A stretch of DNA of 63,808 nt, filler included, from Octopus bimaculoides (Eukaryota): NCBI RefSeq assembly GCF_001194135.2. It is 4 parts of 3 records of this genome, joined end to end, with 100 filler letters (N's around TTAATTAATTAA, not from the genome) between each part and the next. Parts side by side here need not be neighbours in the genome. Positions count along the whole stretch, not along the records: positions 14,776 to 41,581 come from NC_068985.1; positions 41,682 to 53,171 come from NC_069002.1; 2 more parts are not named here. The stretch is one strand, 5' to 3'. Position 1 is the stretch's first letter; each line of letters opens with the position of its first letter. The translations under genes and the position numbers were made by a program. Positions 28,057-43,690 of the stretch are shown here, piece after piece. Below the pieces are notes generated by a model. The model was given only the letters and a program-made list of their open reading frames with translations. It was not told the DNA's origin and did no database searches.

Positions 28057-30123
28057 TTAATGTCCGTTTTCCATGCTGGCATGGGTTGGATAATATGACA
28101 GGAGCTGGCAAACCAAAGAGCCACACTAGGCTCCCATCTGTTTTGGCATGATGTATTGAGTACTTTGTATGTGGCATCTGCAACAGTGCTTTTTATGTAG
28201 TGCCAGCTCCTTTTTACGAGTGCAGTTCATGTGGAACTACCACAGGTGCTTCTTACATGGTATCAGCACAGGTGTTTTTTTACATGGCACCAACATGGGT
28301 GCTTTTTATGTGGTGCCAGCATAGATGCTCTTTAAATGGCACGAGCACCCACAGGGTTTGTTTTTTTTCAAGGTCCTGTTTATTTTTCTAATACATAAGG
28401 ACCGTTTCACCCAGTGAAGAGATACCTAATACTTAGAGATGAAATTCTTAGATATCTGTGATTCTGGATACTGTGTTTGTTTCTAACACTGTGCATTTGA
28501 TTAAATTTAAAGCAATCGAATATCTAAAACTGTCCAGATTATGTTTGTGTGGTAGTTTTCCAATAAGCATTAAAAGGTGTAAACATGTTTTTAAGGATAC
28601 TTCCATTGTATCAACAATTGGTAAAGATCTTTATTACATAGTTGAAAACTCTTAAACAACATTGATTTCAATAACTGCATCAGACTTGGGATGGCAACAC
28701 AGTCCAGTGTTTTAGAGTTTTCAGAAACATGAACCTAAATATTATATTTTTAAAGAGTTTGGCTTTATTCTGCCAAAAGGTGTTTACTTGCTTTCCCTCC
28801 AATTAACTACTCTGATTGCAAAAATTGTTAATTGGTTTAGCATGAATGTTCTTCATCGAATTAGAAGAAAAATTATTTAGAAATGAATTATAGAAATATA
28901 AACTGTGAAATGATTGTCTGCTGAAGCCCTATCTTGGTTGGCCAGCAGATAAACCTGCAGCAATGGAAGGATCTTAAAACATATTCTATGTAAATTATTG
29001 AAAAAGAAAATAATTGCATAAAAAATATTCTAAATCATTATTTATGATGCAACCAATAAAAGAATTACTTGCACTAGCATCTTGAATTTTGTGCTTGTAA
29101 GTACATCTTTTCAAGATTCACCTCTCAATCTGTGCAAACTACTTGAAAACCTTAAGGAATTAAGAAACTTGTATCTCAACAAGTGTGTAGAGATTTCCAG
29201 CAAGGAAAAGACCCAAAGCATTGGAAGGAGCTTCAAATGTGTCTTTCATCTGACAAAAGAATCGTCTCTTTATCAAAAGCAACAATCCATTCTGAAATGG
29301 TGAAATGCCTCAAAGTTTTAAAGCATGAGATGAATGACTTGATGTAATGCGATAGAAATTACTGGATCATCCTGTTGAATTGGGAAGCTAAACAATAGAA
29401 ATTTCTTTGGAATGATAGAATTGTGGCTAAGGTGGCTTCTTATTCTCCAAGAGCATGTACTACAAGCAGAAAAATACTGGAAGAAGAGTGAATATTTTCA
29501 GATTCACTTCAGATCACCTGAGTAAAAGAATAAGTTTATCCCAAAATGGTATTATCTTGAGATGCACCATATTTTACTGGAAAGAAAGTCTTCAAACTAT
29601 TTTGCAATTATAGCAATACAACATGAGGTTCCTCCCATGTTGTGCCAACAACATTTCTCTTGAGGTTCTTCAGTTTAAAAAAGGTGTGCAGCAATAAGCA
29701 AAGGGAAGATATAGTTCTGTCAATCCTGGAGGCTTACAAGAGAATGCCATTCCTCTCAGTATTCCTGAAAGACACATGTATATAACAACAGTACCAAGAT
29801 ATCGGTAAAGTATGATAGAGTTCAAAGGAAAATCTCTCCCAACATTGCTGCCATACTCTCAGTTTGTATGGAGTCGATGTGCTTGAGTGCATTCTGAAAC
29901 TATGGCATGTTTTACGAGAGTTTAAATAACTTATACTTATAAATGATTTATAATTCCAGCAGATTACAACAAAAATTTCTTTGCTCTCTACATTGAATAT
30001 CAGAAACCAGATGAGTTGACAGACTCGAAACTCTCCAACAGTATCTCACTTTACTGTAACATTTTAGAACTTAACTGAACAGGGATGAGGTGAATCAAGT
30101 ATCATTTGCTTGCCTATAATGTT

Positions 30124-30209
<86 letters not shown>

Positions 30210-32630
30210 AAGCAGTGATGTATATAAATACAAACTTGTTCCCAGTTCAAATGTGTTTGAGGCATATTCAGATCTGTAAGCCATTCTCTGTATTTTGTCT
30301 TAGAGAAAATTTCTTGCAGTAGACAGACAGGAGTAAAAAAAACAAAAACCAAGTCAGTTTACAGCAGCCCCTAACTGGACCGTTACATGTATGCATTTTC
30401 GAGTGGTTATGTTCTCTTCAGCAGCAGAGACCAGAAAGCAGTTGCTGTGAACTGACATGAGAGACAGGTCCCTCTTGTGATACACCTGTCATCATTCAAT
30501 GACTGGTTGCATTATGTCTACACCAAGAAACTTTCATCATGATGAAATACAGTGAATGACTTCCAGGTTTGAATATGCTTCAAGTATATTTTAGCTGGTA
30601 ACAAATTGGTATTTAAAATGCTTTAGTTTACATGTTCGTGACAGAGTTTGGTATAAAGTATCAATTCTAAAAGACATGCGTTTCCTTACATCATGCACCA
30701 AATTTCATATTTCATTCTAACCGATATTTTTATTTATAAAAGACAAACCTTCAGCTTTAGAATTTTATATTCTACCATTATCAAAAGACTAAGGTATGTA
30801 AGGTCAGTTTCCACCTTAAATTCTCCATTTTCACTGGAGGACCAACTTCTCTGTAGTGAGAAGGGAGACGTTCTTGTTTCGCCTTGCAAAATTTCTCTTG
30901 GAGGACCTGAGTCTACACACACATAAATGTATAATTTTATTAGAATTATTGTAGCAGTGTGAAACCAGAAATAAGAGAATTGTGGATATCAAGTAGACAG
31001 GAAAACTGAAAACTTGGTTAAATATAAATATAACATAAAAAAATGGAAACTAGCTGGCGGCATGTTACTATCCAACTTATGCTAAAATGGTAAAAGAAAA
31101 ACACAATGAAATACACACACACACACATGCACACATGCATACATACACATATATATACACTCATCCATATATATATGTATGGATATACATATGTATGTGT
31201 GTATATATCATACACACACATATACATGCACATACATTAACATATAAATATAAATCTACAAATTTGATTACAGTGGTGATCATGCTGATTGTGGTGCTGC
31301 TAATGATGATGATGGACACAAATATTTTCTGCGGAGGGAGACAACGAAGTTTGTAGACAATGACAATCTGAAAAAGTTGATTTGATTAATTAAACATTCC
31401 CCCATTTCTCATTTGATACGTCAAGATGTAAAAGTATTTTAGATGCATCTCTCGTTTTTCATCATACAAACCAAAATTAGTTTTAAATAAGTAATAATAA
31501 AATTATATGTGTGTGTATGTATAATACATATATATGTATATGTTTGTATGTATGTATGTATATACATACATATATATATAATATATATAAATATATATAT
31601 ATATATACATATACATGCATATATATATTTATATGTATATGTATATATACATATGTGTATGTGTGTGTATATGTATGCATGTATGTATATATCTATGTAT
31701 GGTATGTATGCATACATAAGCATGCATAAACATACATAATGTATATATATTTATAAATATCATATTGTGTATGCATGTACATATGTGTGTATGTGTGTAT
31801 ATAAAATATTTATAACATGAAATATATTTCAGAGTGCTAATGATAACATCTGCACAGTAGGATGTAATATATAATAGATTTTCTTTTAGAGTTTTTCTTT
31901 TTTTCTTCTTTCTTTTCCATTGTTTTCTCAGAAAGCTTCTGTTTACTTTATCTATAAACTAGATATTTAAGTTTAACGAAAATATTGAAAGTTTATAACA
32001 TTTTATGTATATAATTCTAAAATAAATGGTTTAGGATTTTCAGCACTTTGGAACTTGGTCAAGTGTTTGGATGGTATAGCTCTAGGAATTCAAGAGGAAA
32101 TTTTAAAATGGTTCCTGGCAAATGCTGGAGGAAACTGATGCAGTTTGAATATTGGTAGTTAATTCAAACTACCAGTTTGAATATCGGTAGTTAAGTTTCA
32201 TCCACTTGTTTTTGGAATGTGAAATTAGCTCATATTTTGAAGTCAGACATATTTCAATTAACTGAAATTTGATAAAGTATCCCAATAGATTATGTGAGTT
32301 AATCACTTCGATCTATGTGTGGCAAGCAATTTGCTTGGCCATGAGTTCAGTTCCACAGCATGGTACTTTTGGCCAGTGTCTTCTACCGTAGCCCAATTTT
32401 GGTGTGTTTATGTCCCTATAATCTAACAAAAGAGACAGAAAGAATAAGTACAAGGCTTTTAAAAGTACTGGGGTCGATTCATTCAACTAAAAATTCTTCA
32501 GTGCGGTGCCCCAGCAGGGCTTGAGTCAAATGACTGAAACAAGTAAAAGAAAAAAAGAATCTACCAGAAACACACTGACACACATTTCACAAATGTTTTG
32601 CATACCGAGACACACTGTGTGACATAAAAT

Positions 32631-32665
<35 letters not shown>

Positions 32666-34076
32666 TTATCAGACACATTCACATATATGTACTAGAAGCT
32701 TAAAAGTTTTCCCCCCTTCTCCTCTGCCTCTGTTACTCACATGTCACTACAGACCATTTCTGTTGCCCCTTTCTTTCCTGGACTAGACGTTTACTGGGTT
32801 GGATGTCCTTTTCTCAGTTCCTGACATTTTCTTTCTATTATTTACTTCTCTTCTAATTATTCTATTTCCTTGAAAAAATTTCTCTCAGGCATTACCCATT
32901 ACAATTTATCTTGGCCTAACGGCCCTTAATGTTTGTCTTTATTGATTGTTTACTCCGTACGTCCACTCTGATGTTGCTTGTTCATTTGAAGCTCTAATTC
33001 TCCATGAATTTTATATTTAAAAAATTTCTGGATTCTTCTCTCTTATGATGTTTCCCTATATTGTCGTTAGAAGCACACAATAGGGAGTAATAAACAGTCC
33101 GACAACTGATGAGGGGTTATCTTCTTCTTGTATGTTGTCCTCTACTTTTCTCTCGTGTGTTTATGTATTTTTCACTCGTCGGTGATGTCTTGTACGTATT
33201 TCCTGTACACAATGTGTATTTTTCATTTTCTTTATCTGTACATACATAGATATACACATAGGATATTTGAACACTTACTTGCAGAGAGACCTGATAGTAG
33301 GCTACTGGTACAAAAAGCTCAATTCCTGAAGGAGAATTCTTACGAATCTGTTTAAAAAAAACAATTGATGCTGTGCTAGATATACCAGCTTGGCTGATGG
33401 TTACATGAACAACTTTTATTGCTAATCCTAGTATCCCTGATTGAGCAGACATAATAATCAAACACATTCCAACTGTGGCCATCCCATCTTTATCAGATAT
33501 GTTTTATATTACACTATATTTTCCAATATGTCCTTTCTTTTTATTCTAAGATGGTAAACTGAATTTATTAACATCATAGAGCAATGGTTCTCAACCATTT
33601 TATTTTTGCCTACAGAACCCCTTTGATTCCTGTCTTTCACCACTGGGCCCTCATATCCATTCAATGTTTATAAAAATCCTTTTATATTTGTATAATTAGA
33701 TGTTATTCAGTATTCTTTTATATGGTTCAGCCTTGAGGCTGTGGCCATGCTGGAGCACCGACAGGGATTGTATATAAAAGTTTGTTAAAATATTTTATGT
33801 AGTGCAGAATCATAACTGATTTATCGCAGATAAATTTTAACAGCAAAATCTTAGACAGACCCCACTCGACGGTCATATGGACCGAGTTGAGAACTGCTGC
33901 CATTGAGAGACACTCTTATTGGTTCAGTCTAACCACTGTTCAATCAGCTTGTTATAGCCTGGCTCATATACAAATGTTTTCAAGCCAAAGGTAACAGATC
34001 TTGCTTCTATTTCTACCTCAAGGGTGTTGCACAATTGAACACAGCTTCATAATATTCAAATAAATTCTGCTATATA

Positions 34077-34128
<52 letters not shown>

Positions 34129-34499
34129 TTTGTGTTATAATGTTATCATAATATTTTGCTTTTTTGTTGCCTACATACTAAGATATATATACATATTACC
34201 ATGAGTATGCTTCATTGCATTATGTTTTCATAATGTATTATTGCTATTATCATTGTCAAAAATCATTATCATCATCATCATCATCATCATCAACATTAGA
34301 ATTATTGCTATTATTATTATTATTATTATCACTGCTGTTGTTGTTGTTGATGTACATGCTTCATCATACATTATTAAAGGTACTATTGTCATTTTGTATA
34401 GTCATTGTGTTAACAATTGTATATGCTATGTTTATTGTATTAATATTGGACATGAATCAATATCACAGCAGGGCCATAAAGAAATCTTCAATAACAGTT

Positions 34500-35110
<611 letters not shown>

Positions 35111-35497
35111 TGTATGTAAACACTTATATGTAAATAAAAGGAAAGCAATAGAGTATTCAATGCCAAAGCTAGAGTTATATAATTATTTGGAAGCTGAAAT
35201 TTCACAAATCATTTCGGTGAGATTCTTTTTATTGATATCACATAATGATAAGGAAAATGGAACAAGAAATTTGGTCAGACGTAAGATTAGAGTGAAAACG
35301 CTTGGATACTATAATGAGGAAAGGTTGAATAACATAGAACAAAAGAATCCAACTGGTTGACAATATTAAATGCTATTTCATAATTTAGGAACTGCATTTA
35401 AAAGGGAGCAGCTGAAAACTCTCTTATTCAGTAGGCACCCCAAGCACAAGCTACAGCTGCTCTTTAACCCAAGATCTCCTCTAATTAATATAAATGT

Positions 35498-35536
<39 letters not shown>

Positions 35537-37200
35537 CACACACGCATGTCATTGACAGTGCCGCTGGACTGGCTCCTGTGTAGGTAGCACATAAAAAAAC
35601 ACCATTTGAGCATGGCAGTTGCCAATACTGCCTGACTGACCCTCGTGCTGGTGGCATGTAAAAGCACCCACTAGACTCTCGGAGTGGTTGGTGTTAGGAA
35701 GGGCATCCAGCTGTAGAAACTCTGCCAGATCAGATTGGAGCCTGGTGCAGCCATCTGGTTTGCCAGTCCTCAGTCAAATCATCGAACCCATGCTAGCATG
35801 GAAAGCGAACATAAACGATGATGATGTATTGCTGTGTGGAACGTAAGAATCAATATTGTTTAAGCAGAAGTGACTGACCATGACATTGTGTGGGTTGAAA
35901 AGTCTACAATACTAATGTGTTCTAGGGAAATGTCTTTTAATTTGCCCCAGGAAGTTGTATGGAGTATCTTTTGCTGTTTGACTGAACTGGTAGGTGTGTT
36001 ACTCTCAAATAAATATTTGGTGGTGTAACTACAATTGGCTACTTTGTTCATTTCATCTGTGGATCAGGGAAGCAGAATTGAGAAATGAATGTGTTCAGAA
36101 AGATTCATAGAAAATATTTCTTCTCTTCCTTGAATATATAAATATGTTGATAACAGTAAACCATTCCTTGGTTAATCCAATATAATTTCTAAATAAGCTG
36201 CTGCTATCTGTTTGGACTTTAACACAATATATTAGAGATTTTGAAATTCAATTACCATTAAGGGGAATATTTGATGAAATACACATACAAATGATAGTAT
36301 TGGTTACATTAATATTTCAATTATTTATTTATATATTTTATTATTGAGAGAGAGAGAGTGAGTGAGAGAGAGAGTGAGTGAGAGAGAGAGTGAGTGAGTG
36401 AGAGAGATTTTGGAGACTGAAATATTTAATTGTATTTATGAAATGCTTGCAAGAAAAATAACTTACCTTAAATGAATTTCTGTTAAAATCTTTATTTATG
36501 ATTTTTAAAAGTATCAAAAGAGCAGAAATTTCATAAATTTTTGACAATGTGTCTCAATACATTTGGCGCAGGTGTTGTATTCTAATTTCAAATATTTCTC
36601 AATTATCTTTTAAGCTTGAGGACATTATAACAAATTGTATATTCGAATTTATAAGTGAAGCCAGTTGTATTAAAAGCTTCATTGTCAAAATGCAAAGTAC
36701 TAATAAATATGGACTCATCTAAAGATAAATATATACACTTAGTTACATTGCTGATTAAATTTTGTGGAATAGTGAGTGGGTGATTAAAGTTCTTATTTAC
36801 ATAAATGATCTTTCGTTAGGCTTTTACTAAAGGGAACGTTTTACATATCTCGATTTAAGATTATTACATTAAATTTAATGTTATTAGCAGGAAATTAATT
36901 ATGCTGAGGTTAGTGTCAACCTCTTTCACCAAATATCATTTTGAGTTCTTTTCTAAATCTACTTAGTTCCTGATCATATGTACTGCTGTTTCATCTTATT
37001 ATTGCAAGGTACAAAATCTTTTATGCAATTGTCAAAACATAGATTCCAAAAATTATTTTGGTTGATTATGTGATCCCATGGAAACATCAGACAATTCATT
37101 CTTATCTCTTTTAGATGGGTTATTAAAAGACAAAAGGGATTTGGTTGGAAGTGTGCAATGATTCCCTAGTTACAGCAATGCTTTTGTTGTCCTTTGTCTT

Positions 37201-37592
37201 TTCTCTTTTATCTTTTATTTGTTTCAGTCATTTGACTGTGGCCATGCTGGGGCACCACTTTGAAGAGTTTTAGTCAACAAATTGACCAGAGCACTTTTTT
37301 TTAAAGCCAAGTACTTCTGTCGGTCTTATTTGTCAAACCACTAAGTTACAGAGAGGTAAACAAACCAACACTGGTTGTCAAGCAGTGGTAGGAGACAAAC
37401 AGACACACACATACACATGCAGACATACACACACATACAATGGGCTTCCTTCTGTTTCCATCTACTAAATTCACTCACACAGCTTTAGTTAGTCTGAGAC
37501 TATAAGAGAAGACACTTGCCCAAGGTACCACACACTGGGACTGAACCTAGAGCCATGTGGTTAGGAAGTAAATTCCTCCCCACACAGCCAAA
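37201..37592 (-). mobile_element. Bipartite SINE, family B
   Basis: Same architecture, more diverged. Partial copies at about 2345-2460, 6725-6963, 10070-10270, 15985-16140, 16500-16725, 26062-26240, 26840-27030, 32340-32560, 41285-41460 and 52215-52380. Confidence 0.8.
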
Positions 37593-38094
37593 CTTGTGGC
37601 TTTGGATAAATCTAAGATTTGATAAGAAGGGATTTTGTTATTGAAGAATAGAAATCGATATTGTCAAATTTCACTAACTGCCAGTGTTGTTTATTGTTAA
37701 CCAATGTATTCAGGATGTACAATTATCATATAAGAGGAGGGAACTTCTTTTTTCTTCTAGTTATAATGAAATATTTGGAATATGCTTGATAATTATACCT
37801 AATTCAGTTTTGATGGAATTGATTAACGTAGATTTTAAGATTACAAGAGAAATTAACTTTGTGATCTTCGACTGTAATATATGATGGGCATGGAGTTAAA
37901 TATTCTTCTTTGTCTTTCTCTGACACGGACTGTGACACATTCACCTTATTACATCGTGTATTCAGTGGTAGATCCCACAGGTCGAATTCTTCCATTAAAT
38001 TTGTCCTGAACAGATTCATTGTATTCTTAGATACCAATAGTTTACTTTTCCACGTCATGTTTTTAAGTTTTATTTCTGGTGAAATTTCGCCCAG

Positions 38095-38344
38095 GCACAT
38101 AAAATACATCATTTTGAGCGTGGCCGTTGCCAGTGCCGCCTGACTGGCCTTCGTGCAGGTGACACGTAAAAGCACCCACTACACTCTCTGAGTGGTTGGC
38201 GTTAGGAAGGGCATCCAGCTGTAGAAACTCTGCCAAATCAGATTAGAGCCTGGTGTAGCCATCTGGTTTCACCAGTCCTCAGTCAAATCATCCAACCCAT
38301 GCTAGCATGGAAAGCGGACGTTAAACGATGATGATGATGATGAT
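38095..38344 (+). mobile_element. SINE/short retroposon family C with (GAT)n tail, inserted in the Gypsy protease region
   Basis: Ends catgctagcatggaaagcggacgttaaacgatgatgatg. Other copies at about 25505-25700(+), 28022-28350(-), 35550-35827(+), 61150-61390(+) and 63606-63808(-). Confidence 0.85.
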
Positions 38345-39426
38345 GAATTGAACTCGTTTCCCTGACACACTATGAGCTATCTTAGTAGTTTTTTCATACA
38401 CCGGCCAGCCTATCTTACTCCATGTTGCCGTATTTATTATCGATATGTCTGAACTGGTATCTAATTGCATTTTGGTCTGAAAACCATTTATTTCTACCAA
38501 CACAAATTTTTGATTTTGTATGGTATAATTTACTTTTGTTGAGTAGACTTTCTTCGGTTTTACCATTTTCTTTGACTGGCATTTCGTCTGTATATGCCCA
38601 ATTTTACCACACTTAAAACAGGTTTTATCTTTAAAGGGGCAATCTTTCTTCAAATGTCGGTCTCCGCAACCATAGCGCCGTTTTGAATTTATATATTTTC
38701 TTCTATCTATACTTTCTTTACACATTTGTACATTATTATTATTGTCTTCTATCTTTCTTGTATCATCTCGAAGGTGTATTCTTTGTTGGCATTCCTCAGC
38801 CACTTTCTGCAAGGTTAGTTTCACATCTTGATTCAGCTTTGATAGTATTCTTTTTCTAATTTCCACGTCTTCCGTTGCCACCAGCCCTTTAACGAATATT
38901 AGACACTTGAACATATCTAGCGTTAATTCTTCCAGCTTAAACCTTTCACAAGCCTTATTAACCATACCAACATATGTTACAAAATCGTCGGACTCGGTTT
39001 TCTTTAAATTTAAACATTCCCACTGAATGTTAAACTGCGAACTTTTCTCACTAAAAATATTCGTCAAAATATTTATCGTTTCCTCAAAACACAATTCCAT
39101 GGGCTTTCTCGGCAAAATAAAGTTACAAAAACTTTCGTGTTCCGGAGTAGCAAGCTTTCGCAAAAGGAATCTTACCTTCCTTTCACTAGACCATCACTTG
39201 CATTCCTCTCGGAATATGTCTTCATATCATCTGTAATATGCAGTAAAAATTGTTCCTTCATCCGGTTTGTAGTGAAATTCTTCGATGGAATTTGCAACAC
39301 CATCTTCTGAAAATGATTCTGTCATATTTCTCGACTGCAGTAACAATTCTGTTAACTTCTGTAGTTGCTGCTCCTGTTGTTTAACAACTGCTTTCAGTAA
39401 CTTTTCCATTTCGGTACTATTTGAAA

Positions 39427-39662
39427 CCTCGTTGCCACTGTTATATCACACATTTGGATGGCATGCCTTTGCCAATAATGTACCGCTACTCAACTACCAA
39501 ACTCTCACTTCCAACAACTTGACTCAACAGAACTCGACATCTAGTCTACCAATGGCTCTGGCTCGCTCTATGCGAGGTTTCTCTTTTAGCTATCACGTCC
39601 ACTATTTTTACGTATTACATATTGGACTAGGCTTCTTATCATCTGGGGGCATCCACACAACA
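39427..39662 (-). repeat. Putative 5' LTR (39439-39662, TGTT...AACA termini) and adjacent primer-binding site TGGCAACGAGG (39427-39437)
   Basis: 4-bp inverted termini, a TGG-initiated PBS-like sequence one base from the LTR end, and the gag ATG about 18 bp further on. There is no second LTR to confirm the boundary. Confidence 0.55.
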
Positions 39663-40090
39663 GCATTTATTGCTACTAGACAATATCAATGACTCTTAAG
39701 GCATCTGAAGTGTCATTGATATTGTATAGTGGCAATATCAGGCATGAATCCCACAGTAGTGTTCTAGCCAGTCTTGTGGCATCAGTGCTAATATATCGCT
39801 TAATGATATAAATGTACATACGTACACACACACACATCTTTGGAGCTATAGTTGAAGCCATGTCCTCCTGAAGCAATTCCTTCTAAATAACAAAGTATTA
39901 TTTTTCAGTCTTTGTCTTAGGAGCCACAGTTTAGGAGTTCCTCTGCATGTTCTGTACATGTATATACCTATTATGAATTTATTATATTTATAATGTCATT
40001 ATTAATATTCATATTTATCTTCCTAATGTATTTCCTTTACTATAATGAAACATGTGTAACAGGGAATTGAAAATATACCAAATTTTCCAG

Positions 40091-40146
<56 letters not shown>

Positions 40147-40863
40147 TGTAATATATATAGTATATATCATATATATAATACCATGGGNNNNNNNNNNNNN
40201 NNNNNNNNNNNNNNNNNNNNNNNNNNNNNNNNNNNNNNNNNNNNNNNNNNNNNNNNNNNNNNNNNNNNNNNNNNNNNNNNNNNNNNNNNNNNNNNNNNNN
40301 NNNNNNNNNNNNNNNNNNNNNNNNNNNNNNNNNNNNNNNNNNNNNNNNNNNNNNNNNNNNNNNNNNNNNNNNNNNNNNNNNNNNNNNNNNNNNNNNNNNN
40401 NNNNNNNNNNNNNNNNNNNNNNNNNNNNNNNNNNNNNNNNNNNNNNNNNNNNNNNNNNNNNNNNNNNNNNNNNNNNNNNNNNNNNNNNNNNNNNNNNNNN
40501 NNNNNNNNNNNNNNNNNNNNNNNNNNNNNNNNNNNNNNNNNNNNNNNNNNNNNNNNNNNNNNNNNNNNNNNNNNNNNNNNNNNNNNNNNNNNNNNNNNNN
40601 NNNNNNNNNNNNNNNNNNNNNNNNNNNNNNNNNNNNNNNNNNNNNNNNNNNNNNNNNNNNNNNNNNNNNNNNNNNNNNNNNNNNNNNNNNNNNNNNNNNN
40701 NNNNNNNNNNNNNNNNNNNNNNNNNNNNNNNNNNNNNNNNNNNNNNNNNNNNNNNNNNNNNNNNNNNNNNNNNNNNNNNNNNNNNNNNNNNNNNNNNNNN
40801 NNNNNNNNNNNNNNNNNNNNNNNNNNNNNNNNNNNNNNNNNNNNNNNNNNNNNNNNNNNNNNN

Positions 40864-40904
<41 letters not shown>

Positions 40905-41581
40905 GTATATGTATATGTGTGTGTGTATCTATGTATGTGTGTGTATGTGCATGTATATATGTATAAATGTGTAAAAAACACTCTAATACTACCATACATA
41001 ACATATTTACTTTCACCTGTCAACTATTTAAAGTATTTAAATTGTCAAAATCTAAAATAAAACTTCATGAATATTGCAAGAAAGGAGAAAACTTAGAACT
41101 ATATCATAAGTTATGGCACTGAGCTCCCTCCAAAGAAACTTTCTATAAATCATCCGGTCAGATATGAATAAAACATAGGAGGAGCCTCACTGTGTAAATC
41201 TTCCTCATCACCCAGAAGATGCTGTCATTGAAACTAATATTCACTTCAACAGGGATATCTTGCTCCCATAAACAATAATAATCTTTTGTCTTTTCTCTTT
41301 AATTTGTTTCAAGTCTTGGACTGCAGCCATGTTCAGGAACCACCTTCAAGAATGCTTTTGCAGAGAGAATTGGCCCCAGTATTTTCATTCAGCCTGGTAC
41401 TTATTCTGTTGCTTTCTTCTGCTAAGTCACTAATTTACAGGGACACAAACACACAAACACACACACATATACGTACCTACATACATGCACACATGCATAC
41501 ACATGTATGTGTGTGTATGTATGTATGTATGTATGTATGTATGTATGTATGTATGTATATATATATGTATGTATATATATA

Positions 41582-41681
41582 NNNNNNNNNNNNNNNNNNN
41601 NNNNNNNNNNNNNNNNNNNNNNNNNTTAATTAATTAANNNNNNNNNNNNNNNNNNNNNNNNNNNNNNNNNNNNNNNNNNNN
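41582..41681. other. Artificial 100-bp scaffolding linker N44-TTAATTAATTAA-N44
   Basis: Identical layout, 12-mer at 41626-41637. Confidence 0.95.
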
Positions 41682-42274
41682 ACATACGCACATACACACA
41701 CCGTTATATACTGTAATTATAGTTCAAGATTAGGACGACCGCATATTCAATGTGTATTTTCGTATGGAATTTTAGTTCCTTGACCGACTTCGAAGTCACT
41801 ATCCATGGAATTACAAATATAAATATACCTGAATCCTTTTAGTCCTTTTTAGACGCAATGCGCTTGTCTTATGACTATAAAGGCACCTATTTGAAATCAT
41901 GTGGTGACATTACTGGGCCCCTATATTCATAAGTGTTTCGTTGAAATTAAGAACACCAGCTGAATATATACATGCATACATACATACATACATACGTGTT
42001 AGATGTCCTGTAGAATGTCTCATATGATTGTATACCTACACAATCGTTTTGTGTTGCATTTTTCATCCGAGATCACACGCATTGTCCGCGTAATTATGCA
42101 TGTGTTGTTCGTGTGTAAATGAGTGAATGAGCTTGTATACAAATATATTTACACATACACACGCATATACATTTATATGTTTATACAATTATACATATAC
42201 GCACATATGTATACGTTTGATGTACGTTTAGTAGCATATATATAACATATGTATTACATATTCATGCGTATATA

Positions 42275-42330
<56 letters not shown>

Positions 42331-43591
42331 CATATATTTATACATATACAAAATATATAATTTATATATTGATACATATATTGAATAATGTTATATACTT
42401 ATAATATAATATACAAGCATAAATGTATATATATGCATGTGTACATATATATAAATGTATGTTTATATAAATATTTAGGTGTGTGTATATATGTACGTGT
42501 ATGTATACACACAGTCACACGCATATATATATATATATAATATATATATAAGTTATATAGTATAACTTATGTATATATATATATATATATATNNNNNNNN
42601 NNTATATATATAAGTTATATAGTATAACTTATGTATATATATATATATATTTATATGTATGTATGTTATGTATGTATGTATGTATGTATGTTATCAATGA
42701 GTTTCATTTCTGTACTTCTTGTCCATAGAGAAAGAGCCGGACTCTAACATAGATTCAAGGCTCCTTCGTATGTATGTATGTATGTATGTATGTATGTATG
42801 TATGTATGTATGTATGTATGTATGTATGTATGTATGAATAAATTATATTGTTCCATGCTTTCTTTGCCTTAGTCATTATGTTTCTATTAAAACATGCTTC
42901 TTTTTATTAGTAAAGATTTTTTAATGGAAAAGAATTTGATGTATTAAATAAACTTAATATACCTTTTCAGTATTATCTGTGTGCACAGAACCGAATTTAC
43001 ATAACAATTATGATTGAGATTTTAATTAAAATAAAGAATATTTTCATATGAAATATCACCAAATTCTTACAATTAATTGAAACTCTGTTGTTCCTGTATT
43101 TCAAGTAATTTTTAAAATAACCAAGAATTTAGTGAAATTTTGCAAAACAGCAACAACATTCCTGTTATTCTATTCATGATTGGAAAATAATTAAATACGC
43201 TGTTCCCTGCATACATTTACATAAGGGATTGTTTAAATATAATATGAACGTTTTAGAAAGAAAAGGTTATATTATAGAATCAGAGTTGGTCTCAATGGAT
43301 CGACACCAAAAGAAATTTTGGACAGTGGTATGTATGTAACTTGAAGTCAGCAGGTCAAGCTACAGGTTAGTTCCAAACGTACCATCTGTCAAGTTTACAA
43401 CTATATTCAACAAGATGACATTATGCTATGTGTTAATTGATTGGAGTGTAGTGTGTTGGTTGGCGTGATGATGGTCGGAATATGCTGCTTTTTTGCAATA
43501 TCAAATCAGTTGTGGGTATAACAGACTTTGTTGACGGAGCAAAAACCATTGCTTATATTACTAATTTTGTCAAAGTTAGTCTCACTTATCA

Positions 43592-43636
<45 letters not shown>

Positions 43637-43646
43637 NNNNNNNNNN

Positions 43647-43690
<44 letters not shown>

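Larger units (their letters stand above)
37910..39662 (-). mobile_element. Ty3/Gypsy LTR retrotransposon relic: LTR, PBS, gag with CCHC knuckle, aspartic protease; interrupted by a SINE
   Basis: gag starts MEKLLKAVVKQQEQQ at 39409, with a frame break near 39230-39165. Zinc knuckle CFKCGKIGHIQTKC; protease LDTSSD (decayed DTG). Coding resumes left of the SINE as LGEISPEIK...NLFRTNLMEEFDLWDLP. No RT or integrase seen. Confidence 0.85.

Noticed and set aside
28850-29930. Possible highly decayed DNA transposase (hAT-like AAH-x-NL hint on the minus strand)
   Set aside because: The match is to a few residues across stops and frameshifts. It needs a profile search (Dfam or Pfam with frameshift tolerance) to be supported.
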